Below are positions 1-12,479 of a DNA stretch of 64,000 nucleotides, one piece after another. The DNA is taken from contig OX597823.1 in the NCBI GenBank assembly GCA_951406725.2, forward strand, positions 34,782,001 to 34,846,000, written 5' to 3'. The translations under genes and the position numbers were made by a program. The notes below the pieces were generated by a model. The model ran no database searches, had not been told where the DNA came from, and saw only the letters and a list, made by a program, of their open reading frames with translations. The stretch comes from Octopus vulgaris. Lineage: Eukaryota. Position 1 is the first letter of the stretch, and every line of letters begins with the position of its first letter.

Positions 1-55
1 TGTTTGTGTATATATGTATATATGTATGTCAGTTACATAAACAGGAATACTGAAC

Positions 56-56
<1 letters not shown>

Positions 57-147
<91 letters not shown>
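57..147. repeat. (GATA)n microsatellite
   Basis: Uninterrupted GATA run. Confidence 0.95.
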
Positions 148-495
148 TTGCGACTGCTTTTAACGGTGATTGTTGTCCCTCGCGATCACTCGCTGCAAGA
201 GTAGGGCATCGCTCACTGACGCCGTGTAAACTATCAAGACCTCGTTAGAAAAAAGATCGTGGTGTTGATGTCGATGATGACTACGATGATGACGATGATG
301 ATGATGGTGATGCGGTGATGATGGTGATGGTATTGGTGGTGGTGGAGATGGTAGCGGTGATAGTAGTGGTGGTGGGGGGATGTTAGTGTGCTGATGTGGT
401 GTATTTTAGTCAATAAAACAGTAAGCTGCACCACTAGTTGAAGATGGACGGATGAGGGAGGGTGGGAAGAAGTACTAGCGCGAAATACCACGAGC

Positions 496-526
<31 letters not shown>

Positions 527-1408
527 TAGCTGTTGGTGGTGTTAATAGTCATTGATGTGAATTAAAGAAATAAAAAGAAAAAAGGAAAGACTGTCAAAGG
601 GGAAACATTGCGTTAAAGAACAATCGACAATACACACACACACAGAGGCACATACACACACTCAAGCACATGCACACACACACAAATACACACACACATA
701 CAGGCACATACACACACATACACAGAGGCACATGCACAAATACACACACACACACACACACGCTCACACAAATGCACACACATACATGTTGTTTCACAAG
801 TCAAGGTACGAAACTCTCGGACCTTGAGTCACTTTGTAAGTTCAGACGATGAAAATCGTGTGTGTGTGTGTGTGTGTGTGTGTAGCAGATGAAGCAGTAG
901 CAGTAGTAGTAGCAGCAGCAGCAGCAGCAGCAGGAACAATAACAACAATAGGCATGCGGCTAATGCCGCAGGACTTCCATTCGTCAGATGTCGACTGGAA
1001 GATCTCTCTTATTCCTAACAGGGACCGGCCGAGCAATTCACCTTTACAAACAAGGCCGACGGTTCCTCTGTTTCTCAACAACCCACCCAGGTTACATGGT
1101 AAAAACCGTGTCCGTCTTAACATTGCACAGCAATTGCACCCATTTCCATTATTGTGGTATTTCCATCTACCCGGGTCATTTCTTTATTTTTTATTCGCGT
1201 ATATCTGCTATTTCTCTGCATCGAACCATCGTCTGCTGTGTTATTCTTTCGTGAGGTTTGACAGCCGGGTGGGACAACACGTAATCAACACCACCCCACC
1301 CACTGTCTATGATGCACAACTACGTCATGCTTTTACACACACACAAGGACAGACACGGGTGGAGAGGTAGTGTGTAAGTGTGTATGTATAAGAATACATG
1401 TAAGTCTA

Positions 1409-1462
<54 letters not shown>

Positions 1463-1854
1463 CGTGCGTGCGTATGTATGTGAGTGTGTGTATGAGAATA
1501 TATGTGAATCTGTGCGAGTGTACGCGTGAGGGTACGTATGTGTGTATGTATGTGCTTATATGTGTATGTGTGTGCACGTGTACGTGTGACTAAATGGATG
1601 TACGTATATATGATGTCTACTTTGCAAGCCAAAGTTGTATTTAGAGCCCACATGGAAAGTGGGGTCGGTGACACCTTCCCATCAGAAATTCACGGGTCTG
1701 CATCTTGATCTCCAGGCTTCGGACTGATGCACCAATTGAACACTCTTCTCACAATATGCGCGCGTGCGCGTGTGTACATATGTGTTTGGCCCAACATAAT
1801 GGGACCTGGAGTTGTCAGATCTCAGGATATTGGGCTTCAATAGCTAAAAAGACT

Positions 1855-2040
1855 GTTGTTGTTTAGCCCCCAGGTCAACACAAATCAAACAGGCCTGTGA
1901 TCAAAGACATTCCATTTGTGACCATACTGCCTTTATGTATATCTAAGACTATATTTTCTACGTTCATTTTCTATTAAGACGGTTATGTTTTCATTTGATT
2001 TGGCTGCTATTTCTAGTGGGTCAAGTGACCGCTTACAGCC
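1855..2040 (+). repeat. Dispersed repeat family with the motif 'gatttggctgctatttctag' (related pieces ~16410-16590, ~54250-54420, and on the minus strand ~16090-16230 and ~35270-35330)
   Basis: Motifs like tgatcaaagacattcc...tgaccat and atttggctgctatttcta recur at several loci. Class not determined. Confidence 0.5.
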
Positions 2041-2101
2041 TCGTTGACTTACCTGAATGGCAGATTCATCCAAGCTTAGTGGATAGACATTAAAATGTTA
2101 T

Positions 2102-2132
<31 letters not shown>

Positions 2133-2497
2133 ATCTCGTTTGTTTTCGTAGTTGATGCTATATCTAGGAACAGATTGCTTTTCCTTAAAAGACACCAGGG
2201 TGTAATATGAGAGTAATTTTGGTTACTATTTCAAATAGATTGACGCAGTAGCGGTAGTGGTGGTGGTGGTGGTGGTGGTGGTGGTGGTGGTTAGCGTAGT
2301 TACCCGTAAGTTGCACCCTTAATTTAGTGTTTAATGTTAATACCGCAACAGATTCGAAACCGAAACGCTGGATAGCCGACCGGATACCACGGTGAGATCA
2401 CTATCATTTCACGCGATCGGCATCAACCCATCACATGATTCGACCGTCTAGAACTTTCTAGCTGAACCCTGTAAAAAGGTGGGGGGGGGGCAACTCC

Positions 2498-2846
2498 ACT
2501 ACATGGTTCTGGGTTCAGTTCCACTGCGTGGCACCTTGGGCAAGTATCTTCTACTATAGCCTCGGGCCAAACAAAACCTTGTGAGTGGATTTGATTGACG
2601 GAAACTGAAAGAAGCCCATCGTATATATGTATATATGTGTGTGTGTGTCTGTGTTTGTCCCCACACCCAACATCGCTTGACAACCGATGCTGGTGTGTTT
2701 ATATCCTGTAACTTAGCGGTTCGGCAAAAGAGACCGACAGAATAAGTACTAGGCTTCCAAAGAATAAGTCCTGGGGTCGATTTGCTCGTCTAAAGGCAGT
2801 GCTCCAGCATGGCCGCAGTCAAATGACTGAAACAAGTAAAGAGAGT
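2498..2846 (+). mobile_element. tRNA-derived SINE, family A (CORE-like), 5'-truncated
   Basis: B-box-like gggttcagttcc, CORE-like ccttgggcaagt, internal TA/TG microsatellite and tail gctccagcatggccgcagtcaaatgactgaaacaagtaa. Matches the copy at 24926. Confidence 0.85.
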
Positions 2847-2855
2847 AAACACACA

Positions 2856-2888
<33 letters not shown>

Positions 2889-3019
2889 TCATCATCATCA
2901 TCATCATTAATGGGCATACCCAAACCTCTTGGCCACACGCGCGCTCTTTCCTCTCTCTCTCTCTCCCTCTCTCTCTCTCTCTCCGTCTCTCTCTCTCTCT
3001 CTCTCTCTCTCCCCTTTCT

Positions 3020-3160
3020 TCGCTCTTTTCTATCGTTACTATAATGGCAGCTGCTCCTCGGAGCAGACTAGTCTTGTACCTCTACCACACAAGCACCTCC
3101 GACCAGCTTGTCCCTTACCTTCCGGCTCCTCTCGTGCGCCTGACCTCCACCCACATCCTT
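3020..3160 (+). pseudogene. CR1/L2-like LINE ORF2 C-terminal fragment
   Basis: Translates LFYRYYNGSCSSEQTSLVP...HPHPF, resembling the LFYRYYxGxCSSEL motif at the ORF2 end of these clades. Confidence 0.55.
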
Positions 3161-3828
3161 TCCTTGCACTTGTAGGAGGAAATACTCGAATCCTGCTGGC
3201 CTGGCCGGCCATCAAAGAAGCCATGGGAATCGACCCTTTGTAAATTATGACACAGCTATTGTTCACAAAGGAACATGTGCAACCTGTGGAAAGGTGTGCC
3301 GTTCAGTGGAAAGATTGAAAAAAAACATGTCAAAAGACTTCATACTGTGGCACTGGTTCCTTCTGCCTGCCAGCCAGCACAACTGTGTATTATGCAATAA
3401 AATGTGCAAATCTTTGGTGGTGTTCAAGAGTCATATAAGAGCCTCTCATTGCATCATCAATGACTCATTTCAGTGATTTTTTTCTAGCAATGGCTTTGCT
3501 CATATACAAGAAAGCAGCCACTGCTATATATATATACAGGCTGAAACAGCTGTAAGATCCATTTTATATGTATTATTCTTATGGTATTATCTTACTTATT
3601 GATGTGTACTGTTTTATTCTGTATTATTCTGTTGGATTTGGATGTTACTATTTAATCTAAATAATTAGTTAATAAATTATATGAATTGGTATTATCTGGT
3701 AGTTGATGATTGAAAGAAATCTATTCCTCCATTTTCTTATTTTGTATATATATATATATATATAAATCAACAGAATGAGATAAAAATCCAAGGGTGCGAA
3801 TAGTTTCCAGAACATTTATAAAGAGAAG

Positions 3829-3875
3829 GTCTTACGGCTGTTTCCGGGATATTTTATTATCCCTTCATCAGAGAC
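3829..3875 (-). ncRNA. Minimal type I hammerhead ribozyme motif in a Penelope-like terminal-repeat remnant
   Basis: Minus strand reads GTCT-CTGATGA-A-GGGATA-ataaaa-TATCCC-G-GAAA-CAGCC-GTA-AGAC: intact core boxes, 6-bp stem II, 4-bp stem I. Confidence 0.75.
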
Positions 3876-4111
3876 TGACTGAGAAAACGGTTAAGCAATA
3901 GTTATTATAGAGAAGATATGAAATACAGAGTGAAGGAGAGGAAGGAAAACAGACGTGAGACACGTAAGGATATTGTATCTACAGTTACATTATTTAAGCA
4001 GAATGGTAAACAATATAAGTTTCTTGTACCTTGTCTTTGAGTTCCAATGGTATTTATAATTGGTCATTCCAAGCATAGAGTCTTGTAAACGGCGTTATTC
4101 GATCGAGGGTT

Positions 4112-4174
<63 letters not shown>

Positions 4175-4316
4175 ACACACTCGCACACACTCACACACAC
4201 ACACATATAATTGGGAAAGGCCGGTTTATGGGATTACCTTAGGTTTCCCTCCATATATACTCACATTATGTACATTGTATATACATGTGTGTCTGTGTGT
4301 GCGATGGACTGTGTGT

Positions 4317-4356
<40 letters not shown>

Positions 4357-4712
4357 CAGGAAAATACTTTTTCAAATTGTTAACTGTATACTTTGATCTT
4401 AACTAAATTGCGAGTGGCCATTGAGATAAGCAGAAGAAGAATGTGTAGATTTGAAATGATAACAATTTAAAACTATGCATTACGAGTTTCCATAAGAGTG
4501 AAATTACAGACCAAATCCCGAAATTAATGGTCATACTTGACAAATTCCGTAAGAGCGAGGTCCCGTAACCGGAGGTGGTCGTAACGCGTGGGATGCCTGT
4601 ACTACATATAAAACAGAAATATTATCAAAATGGACATCGCCACTTAGAATTTAAAACGCACTAGTGAAGTAAACAATTATAGTGCATCTGAGCACTGTAT
4701 ATAAGTTCCTTA

Positions 4713-4920
4713 TAAGGCAGAAACGTTAACACGCCAGGCGAAATGCTTATTGGTATTTCGTCTGTCTTTATGTTCTGAGTTCAAATTCTGCCGAGGCCGA
4801 CTTTGCCTTTCATCCTTTCTGGGTCGATAAATTAAGTACCAGTTACTCACTGGGTCGATCTAATCGACTGACCCCCTCCCCAAAAATTTTGGACCTTTTG
4901 CCTACAGTAGAAAAGATTAT
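4713..4920 (+). mobile_element. tRNA-derived SINE, family B
   Basis: ggcagaaacgttaacacgcc...gagttcaaattc (B box)...gactttgcctttcatcc...gtaccagtt. Same family as 53267-53492. Confidence 0.85.
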
Positions 4921-6034
4921 ATATAAAAAGAAACATTGAACCTGGCCGAGAACAACAGTGTGTGTGCGTGTGCGTGTATATATGTGTGTGTATGTGTGTG
5001 TGTTTTATTAAGTTATGGCAGTGTCTTCATGTTTCGAAGATTACGAAGAGCGGTGCACCCTCAAATGCCTATGTAAACCAACCCTTCATCTGCCTTCGTA
5101 CTGTAGTTTTAAAGTAAGAGTCGCTCCGTGTAATCTGATCCCAATTTTGAGACTTGAAGTTCTGATCACAGAGGCTTAGCGGGCTAAAACGGCTGCTATG
5201 ACCAATAAACTGTGAGGTTTATATTGGAGCGGTCTTTCCCTTGGTAAACTGCCCTACAAAGCCGGTGAGATTCACCCACCTTTGCGTTACCTGGAGGGTG
5301 TCAAAGAGGGCAGCCGACCGGCCGAGGGGCTGAACTCCTTGATTTGCTCTCGAGGTTGATTCCCTTAACCTTTTCCTTTCTCAATGCACTCACAGGATTT
5401 GTGCTTAGAGTTTGTTCTATAACATGTTAATTAACCCTTATCTGGGGCCCCAAAAGAGAGTAAACCTGGGAATAATACGAAGAGATAGCCTCATACCCCT
5501 CGCAATCCTGAAACTCCCAAACCAGAGCCCCACTACCCGATACATTTTAAGGTCACCCTCAGGATGTGTGCGTGAGTGTATACGTGTATACGTGTATATC
5601 ACCTTGATCACCTTGACCTACCAGTCCGTCGGGCGTCCATTTGACACACACACATGTATGTGTGTATATATATGTGTGTGTGCGTGTGTGTATATATATA
5701 TACATACAGCAGTGGCGTAGGGTGACTTGAAAACTAGAGCATACAGTCTATAATGCAATCACCAAAGCAGAGAAAGGGGCAGTGGAGCCTTACCTTCCTC
5801 CTCACCAAAAGTTATTCTCTATCCCACTCCCTCTATCTGTAAATGTGATAGGAACTAATCTTAATATGAGAAAATGTATTTCTACCAACAGGCCACACTT
5901 CGGGCTTGATACCCCTCTCCACTGGACTTGATGTTCCCCTATTAACAATACCCTGGCGACAGGCCAACCATGATGGCTGTTATTGGTTGCTAGTGAAACC
6001 TGAAAGTAATAGAACCTATAAATATTTTTTTCTA

Positions 6035-6233
6035 ATGTAGGCACAAGGCCAAAAATTTTGGGGGAGAGGTTCAGTCGATTAGATCGACTCTAGTACGCAA
6101 CTGGTACTTAATTAATCGACCCTGAAAGGGTGAAAGGCAAAGTCGACCTCAGTGGAATTTGAACTCAGAATGTGACACACGAAATACCACTAAGCATTTC
6201 GCCCGGCGTGCTAACGTTTCTGCCAGCTCGCCA
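6035..6233 (-). mobile_element. SINE family B
   Basis: Reverse complement begins tggcgagctggcagaaacgttagcacgccgggcgaaatgctt. Confidence 0.85.
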
Positions 6234-6439
6234 TTCTAGAACCTACAAAAAATGAGCTGTTAAAATAAACTCATAATTTTATTGCCTTCACAGTGTTTAC
6301 CGTTTTACAAAATCAAACTAGAGAACTGGAAAAAACACAGAGAACACAATGAAAAGATTGAAAAGAAAAAAAAAAGAGAACAAAGAGAAAAAGAAAACAA
6401 CCAAAGTAATTCACCATCTTGGGTTGAAAAGTTGTGAGC

Positions 6440-7290
6440 ACCGGGAAACCTGTCTAATAGCTATTGTGACACGCCAGCACGTTTGCAGCGTTGCCTCGGG
6501 TGGTGGCGAGGCTGATGCGCTGGAACAGTCAAACGCCTTCATGAGCCCCACCAGTTACCTCTGCAAAGCGAGTTGCCAGTGAAGATAGGAATCTCGCAGT
6601 TAGTGGTCCGACCCAACCAAACGTCTCGAACGCCACAGGATGGAAATGTAGTTGGCTGACAGATCGTGGTAGTTCAGGATTTTGTTCCACTCGGCCGCAG
6701 AAGCTGTGGATCTCACCCTGACTGCAGCATCTAAGATGTGAGAAGAAGCAAAGGAGTCGCTAACTGTGACATCCCAGACAAGGCATCTGCCTTGCGACCA
6801 GGGGCACAGGGTGAGGCCGTCAGGTCGCTTCTCATCACATCTCGACAATCCAGATGGTTCCAAGATGGAGGGGATGTTTACCCGGGCCAAACTCCTCTTG
6901 AGTATCAGGTTCAACTCCGTATGACGTGCGAAGCAACCAGCATTCAGGTGGAAAGAAACGCCATGGCGGCCTATGGAGTTGAGGAGCCTGCCACAACGAC
7001 AGATCAAACCCATACATCAGCTCCCACTCTGAGGGCATCAATCCAGTCACCTGAGTATTTGGCGGTAGCAGACATTAAGCGGTACCTTGAAAACTGGTCA
7101 GACTGGATGAAGAGAGAGTTAAAGGTGGCCTTCGAAATTATGTTGTCCCAAGCTCTTTGACTCCAACAGTCCGCCACTTTCTTGGAGTTTCCTTGCAGCT
7201 TGGCCTCCAGATCTGTGAACCTTATGAATGCTTCTGCAGATCCACAGTTGATTCTTTCGGCCTCTACCTACTGTCATACCGTCATAGTGC
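6440..7290 (-). pseudogene. CRE-like non-LTR retrotransposon 3' region (Zn knuckle plus restriction-like endonuclease), degenerate
   Basis: ORF 6600-7013 contains CRCG...H...RHTELN...EPSGL...KRPDG...LVWDVTV...AAEWNK. Upstream frames give QRAWD and SGDW. Confidence 0.8.
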
Positions 7291-7319
7291 TGGTTATCTT
7301 TCACACCATGCCGCCCTTT

Positions 7320-7760
7320 AAAAAAATCATAAATTATGGTCTGGACGCCGCAGGCTTCCCTTCCCAGCTCGAGCCAGCGAGGCTAAGCCAAGGGAATAGT
7401 AAAAAGTCTGACGATATGATAATTTTCCAAATCCGTAAGGGGGTAGGCTCCTCATCTGGAATATGCCATACAGTTTCACTTTCTCTAGCGGCAGCTTAGT
7501 GTGTTCAGCTACTAACACAGACTCCGCTGCTTGTCAGGCTGAGAAAAGCAAACTGTCAAGGTATCGGTTGCTCTCTGACAGATTTATGGTCTAGTTTATA
7601 AAAGTGGAAACCTCTGGCGTTTTCGGTCCCCGCTCACTGCTATCAAGGTAAAGATAACTGTCGGCAAGTGCAAGCCCCGTAAGTCAGAGGGGCTGTTCTA
7701 GCGTATCTCCCTCATCATCCTCTGGGGCAACGCCTTTTCCACTTTGCCGAGACCATGAGG
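7320..7760 (+). pseudogene. Second, diverged CRE-like RLE fragment in the opposite orientation
   Basis: LDAAGFPSQLEPARL...LIWN...AACQAEKSKLSRYRLL...VETSGVFGPRS, read across frameshifts. Confidence 0.65.
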
Positions 7761-8253
7761 CAGTCTGAATTACAGGAAATTGCATGCTCCACTCCTTTAA
7801 TGTAAAGTTACGCCATATATATGTATATGTATAAAATTCTAAACTATGATGCTACTATAAAAGAGATTTTAAAATCCTTTTTTCCTTCATTATTCTCTTA
7901 CAATAACTGAAAGCAAGAAGGAAAAAAACTACTTTACCATTCTCACTCTTGACCAAAAACAACAGGGATTAATTCCCTGCTTTTTCTTCTTTTCTCAATA
8001 AGCAAACAGGAGCTTTCTCTGCTTAAATAATATCGATTGTTTACAATTTACACTAAAAAATGAAGGAATGGGAAATACAAAAAGATATCACGGGTACAAA
8101 TGAGGATAGTGAAACCGAAAGTAGTATTTGATATATGTATCGACATAACATACATTCCAAACTGAAATCATGTCTGGCTGGCTAGTCACTGATTTAAGCT
8201 CATTTACCAAAAGTAGTATATTTTGTCAATAATCAATATAGTATTCATTTCAT

Positions 8254-8637
8254 TCGTGGCACTTCGTCGTTTATTACGACGAGGGTTCCAGTTGATCCGA
8301 TCAACGGAACAGCCTACTCGTGAAATTAACGTGCAAGTGGCTGAGCACTCTACAGATACGTCTACCCTTAACGTGGTTCTCGGGGAGATTCAGGGTGACA
8401 AAGAGTGTGACAAGGCTGGCCCTTTGAAATACACATACAACAGAAACAGGAAGAAAGAGTGAGAGAAAGTTGTGGTGAAAGAGTACAATAGGGTTCACCA
8501 CCAACCCCTGCCAGAGCCTCGTGAAGTTTTAGGTATTTTCGCTCAATAAACACTCACAACGCCGGGTCTGGGAAGCAAAACCGCGATCCTACGACCGCGA
8601 GTCCACTGCCCTAACCACTGGGCCATTGCGCCTCCAA
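8254..8637 (-). mobile_element. tRNA-derived SINE, family D, full length (partial relative ~38060-38345)
   Basis: Minus strand starts ggaggcgcaatggcccagtggttagggcagtggactcgcggtc (A box, tRNA-like head). Flanking direct repeat attcatttcat at 8243-8253 and 8638-8648. Confidence 0.85.
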
Positions 8638-9141
8638 ATTCATTTCATACACATGATATAAAAATCATAATGACTTTATAAATATACATAAGGCTGTTTT
8701 GGGCAAACGCCCATACAAATTTTATTCAACACAATAACATGCAAATTTTATTCAATATACATTTAGTACATATATTTCCTATGGTTTATATAAATGTGTT
8801 TTCAAATAAATATATTACAATTTTCATGTACTAAAGTATACATTTTTACAATACACAAACATATAATGCATCATACATTACCGAACACAATCTCCAAGTT
8901 CCTTCATTGAGTCTTTTAGTAAACATAACTAGAATAGCATATACATAAAAAATTCATCATTTGAAAGTTACCCCTTATTGCTTCCTCTCGCTTTGCATAT
9001 ATGCATGTATGCATCTATTGTATTAGATGTTTAGCTCCCTCACACACACACACATAGAGGATAAACATAGAGGAGACAAACAAAGAGAGACAAAGGGATT
9101 AAGTCGATTAAATCGACCTCAGTGCGTAACTGGTACTTATT

Positions 9142-9718
9142 TTTACAGCGTAAGCATGGCTGCTCCACTAGCAATGTGCACCAAAGAAGAACAAAGAGCA
9201 GTGATCCGATTTCTCCGGTCGGAACGTGTGTCAGGTGTTGAAATTCATCGAAGGCTTATATATATCTTACATTTCAGAACTTCTCTGCATTAAGATCTGA
9301 AATGTAAGATCTTCTCTATCCTGATGATGGAGACTCATCTTATTCTAAGTATTAGTAGGTCTAAACTAACAAAGTACAAATGACAGAGAAAATTAAAGGG
9401 ATAGGAGAAAGGTGTTATAAGTCCAACAGCTGTTTCTGGGGGCTCGGCGATCCATAATAATGTTGGTAGATTTAGTTCATTACAATATGTGGCCATATGG
9501 ATGCAATTAACATAGGATAAGATGAGCCTCCATCATCAGGATAGAGAAGATCTTACATTTCAGATCTTAATGCAGAGAAGTTCTGAAATGTAAGATATAT
9601 ATAAGCCTTCGATGAATTTCAACACCTGACATACGTTCCTACCGGAGAAATCGGATCACTGCTCTTTGTTCTTCTTTGGTGCACATTGCTAGTGGAGCAG
9701 CCATGCTTACGCTGTAAA
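9142..9718. repeat. Large fold-back: ~205-bp arms (9142-9347, 9513-9718) containing a mariner transposase N-terminus and a Penelope-like terminal piece
   Basis: Arms are near-perfect reverse complements. The arm translates CTKEEQRAVIRFL...VEIHRRL. Confidence 0.9.
9421..9543 (-). ncRNA. Hammerhead ribozyme motif with a long stem II loop
   Basis: Minus strand reads tcc-CTGATGA-tggaggctc...gagccccca-GAAA-cagct-GTT-gga. Confidence 0.6.
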
Positions 9719-10019
9719 GCCAGAAAGAGAAATGGCGTGATCAGGCTCAAACTTCGATCACGTGACCATAACAGTACCAACTGTAAGCAAGCATGTGTAG
9801 AAATCCGTATCATGCATAAGCTGAATTTAATCAGACTATGCAAAAGGAGGTGCATATGTGAATGCAGGAGTTTTGCAGGAAGCGGCTTCCTATGTTAACA
9901 AAATGTATCCAGATTCGTCCTAAGTAAAAATGTAAGCGTATTGATGTTACAGACAAGAACAAATAGACTTTTCAAGATAGCCATGGGTAGGTACCGAAAT
10001 CTCACTCAATGGCATAATT

Positions 10020-10900
10020 TAGCCAGCGAAGTTGTTTCAAGTAGCACTAGCTGAAGCCGAGGCTGTTCAGTGTTTTCCTGTAGAATTTCATAAAGGGATA
10101 AATGGCGGCAGATATTTATTGTGCCAAGTTTTTAACGCAAGTGAAACAGCCCTTTATTGGAAAAAGATGCCTGTAAATGTCACATAGCTAAAGAGTGAGA
10201 CAAGATACCAAGCTTTAAAGAGGCTAAGAACCGGGTGTCTCTACTGTTCTGTGGTAATGGTACTTGGGAATTTAAAGATAAACGATTGTTTAGAGACCGT
10301 TCTGCTCGATTTCATCCCTTCAAGAACTTTATTACCAAGCCTCCCTGTGCACAGGGTTTCTTACAAAAAGGAGTGGTTAACTAGAGTGATCTTTGAAGAG
10401 TGGTTTTTGGCCCTCTTGCATGTTGAAATGAGAGAATACTGTACCCTCGTGTTAGACAACTGTCCTGGCCATCTTACAAACTTAAATGACCCCCAAAATG
10501 AAATTACAGGAATTTATCTAGCGTGTAACACCATCTCACTGTTGCAACCCTTAAACCAGGAAGTGATGGCCACCTTTCAACTTCTCTTTCTTGACCTTAC
10601 CTTTGATACACAAGGTATTGGTGGACGACGAGGAACTGATTGTACAGTAATACTGGAAACGATTCAACATTCTTCCCAGCATTCACTTTATTCGAAAGTT
10701 CTGGCAAACTAAATCAAACCTCTTTTGAACGGAAAGCGCAAGTTCCTGCCTGACATAACGCCAGTATTTGTTGTCTTAGAAAATGGTAACAAGACTCAAG
10801 CTCTAAACAGGGCAGGGAGATTACTTGAGGATGGTTTCAAGAGCTACACCAAAATGACATCAGGGACGTTATGTAAGCTCATGCGGGAGAATTAAATGAC
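10020..10900 (+). pseudogene. pogo/Tigger (DDE_1) transposase relic
   Basis: QVFNASETALYWKKMP, KNRVSLLFCGN, WLTRVIFEEWF, LVLDNCPGH and NTISLLQPLNQ motifs, with frameshifts. Confidence 0.8.
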
Positions 10901-11496
10901 GGTTCATGGAATTAGTTGTCGAGGAACAGAATGAGATGGGCGTAGAAGAAGAGGGTGACCGTGCAAAGCCTAGCCCAACCTAAAAACATAATGACCCACA
11001 ATAAGTAGTTGACTGATCTCATGCATGAAACAGATTCAAGTTTTGAGAAAAGAGCATCTGTGACTGCTCTTCTAGATTGTGGAAAAGCATCCTGCAAAAC
11101 ATATAGAGGAGGTGGGGTGGGGTGGGGAAGTATCAAGTAAACAGTCAATGACAACTACTTTCTTCAGGAGTTGATTTTTTTTTAATGGTTCTCTTGCACC
11201 AGCACCAGTGCCAGTTCCATTACTATCGTCTGCACCGCAGCAAGTAGAATCAGTTCTAACCTTTCTGAAGTGATCGCTATCAAGTTCTCTACTCCTGATG
11301 TCAGAGACAATGACAGTGACTCTGACTCTGACTCTAATCTTGACTCTCCATCTCTGTCTCCAACAACCAGAGATACAAATAACAACACACAGGTTGATGA
11401 TGATGCCAACCTCATGGAACCCCACCATTCCCACCTGAGTGTTATAATTTTCAGATTTTTTTTCAGATTACTAATAATGTTATCAAAATGATGGTT

Positions 11497-11633
11497 TGTT
11501 GCCAACTTAATGTGGCAGTCCCAGGAAAGGGAAGAATGCTTGTGTCACGTAGCCAACTAGAAACGGTGATCTTGGGGCTAAATAGCAGTAACATTCTTCC
11601 TTTTCCTGGGACTGTCACATTAAGTTGGCAACA
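11497..11633. repeat. Hairpin / MITE-like inverted repeat with 42-bp arms
   Basis: 11497-11538 is the reverse complement of 11592-11633 with few mismatches. Confidence 0.8.
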
Positions 11634-12479
11634 TAATATCACTTTATCGTGCTGCTACTGCATAACTCTTTCTGAGAGATTTAAAAATGCAATATTTCTA
11701 ATGTTATTAAATTTTACTTGAAATATTATTCCAAACATAAAACAATATCATTATGTGTTTAAAAACTGTTTGGAGATGTTATTTGGATAAATAAGGGGAC
11801 AGCTTGTAAGTACGCATACATATATACATATACATACATATATATGCACATAAGGATACACATTTACATATAGCTTTTACAGCCTTTCGAAAGATACGCA
11901 AAACACGATGCTCGCTAATAATAATGTGAAAGGAACGAGGAGGAAACTATCATCTGAAACAAGAGGACAAGACGAGAAGTAAAGAGCGTCTGGCCTAAAA
12001 ACAAAAACAAAATGGCTGAATGGAATTGGAGAATACCTGTTGTGGTGGTGGTTGGGGGAGTAGATGTTGGAGGATTTAGGCGGAAAGTAAAGAAAAGGAA
12101 GAAGAGTAATTGTGAAAGGGCACAGATATATGGAAGAGAGAAAAATTAATACTAAATTGCTGGGAGAACAAGAGATAAATATTAAACGGTAATGTTATGG
12201 GCGTTTTTAATTATATTTTCAAGCCAAAACAATATAAACACAGTATATATATTTATGTATCATGAGAGCACAGCCCGAGGATTGCGTGAAGGTACCAGTC
12301 ATGTTATAAAATGCTGTCTGAATAATTTTCATTACATGAAACTATTAGTAGCCCATAAAAATATATACTGTGTTTATTAGATAATATTTATCTCGCACCA
12401 AATGGGGATCTTTTCTTGTTGATCTTACCCTCACGGAACAGTATACTACACATACGGCGCGCGCGTGCATATTTATATA

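Noticed and set aside
842-1123. Minus-strand ORF resembling a mitochondrial transit peptide (MLRRTRFLP...)
   Set aside because: It runs into CAG and CA microsatellites and stops, with no usable donor or recognisable domain.
594-1708. ORFs rich in CV, HT or YI (also at 19 kb, 22.7 kb, 30-32 kb and 41.6-42.1 kb)
   Set aside because: Translations of (TG)n, (CA)n, (TA)n and (TATG)n microsatellites, which lack stop codons.
11182-11505. Ser/Asp-rich ORFs
   Set aside because: Low-complexity sequence directly after the Tigger relic and probably its decayed tail.
11870-11960. Possible minus-strand hammerhead (GAAAggctGTA)
   Set aside because: The 5' core is mutated and there is no convincing stem II.
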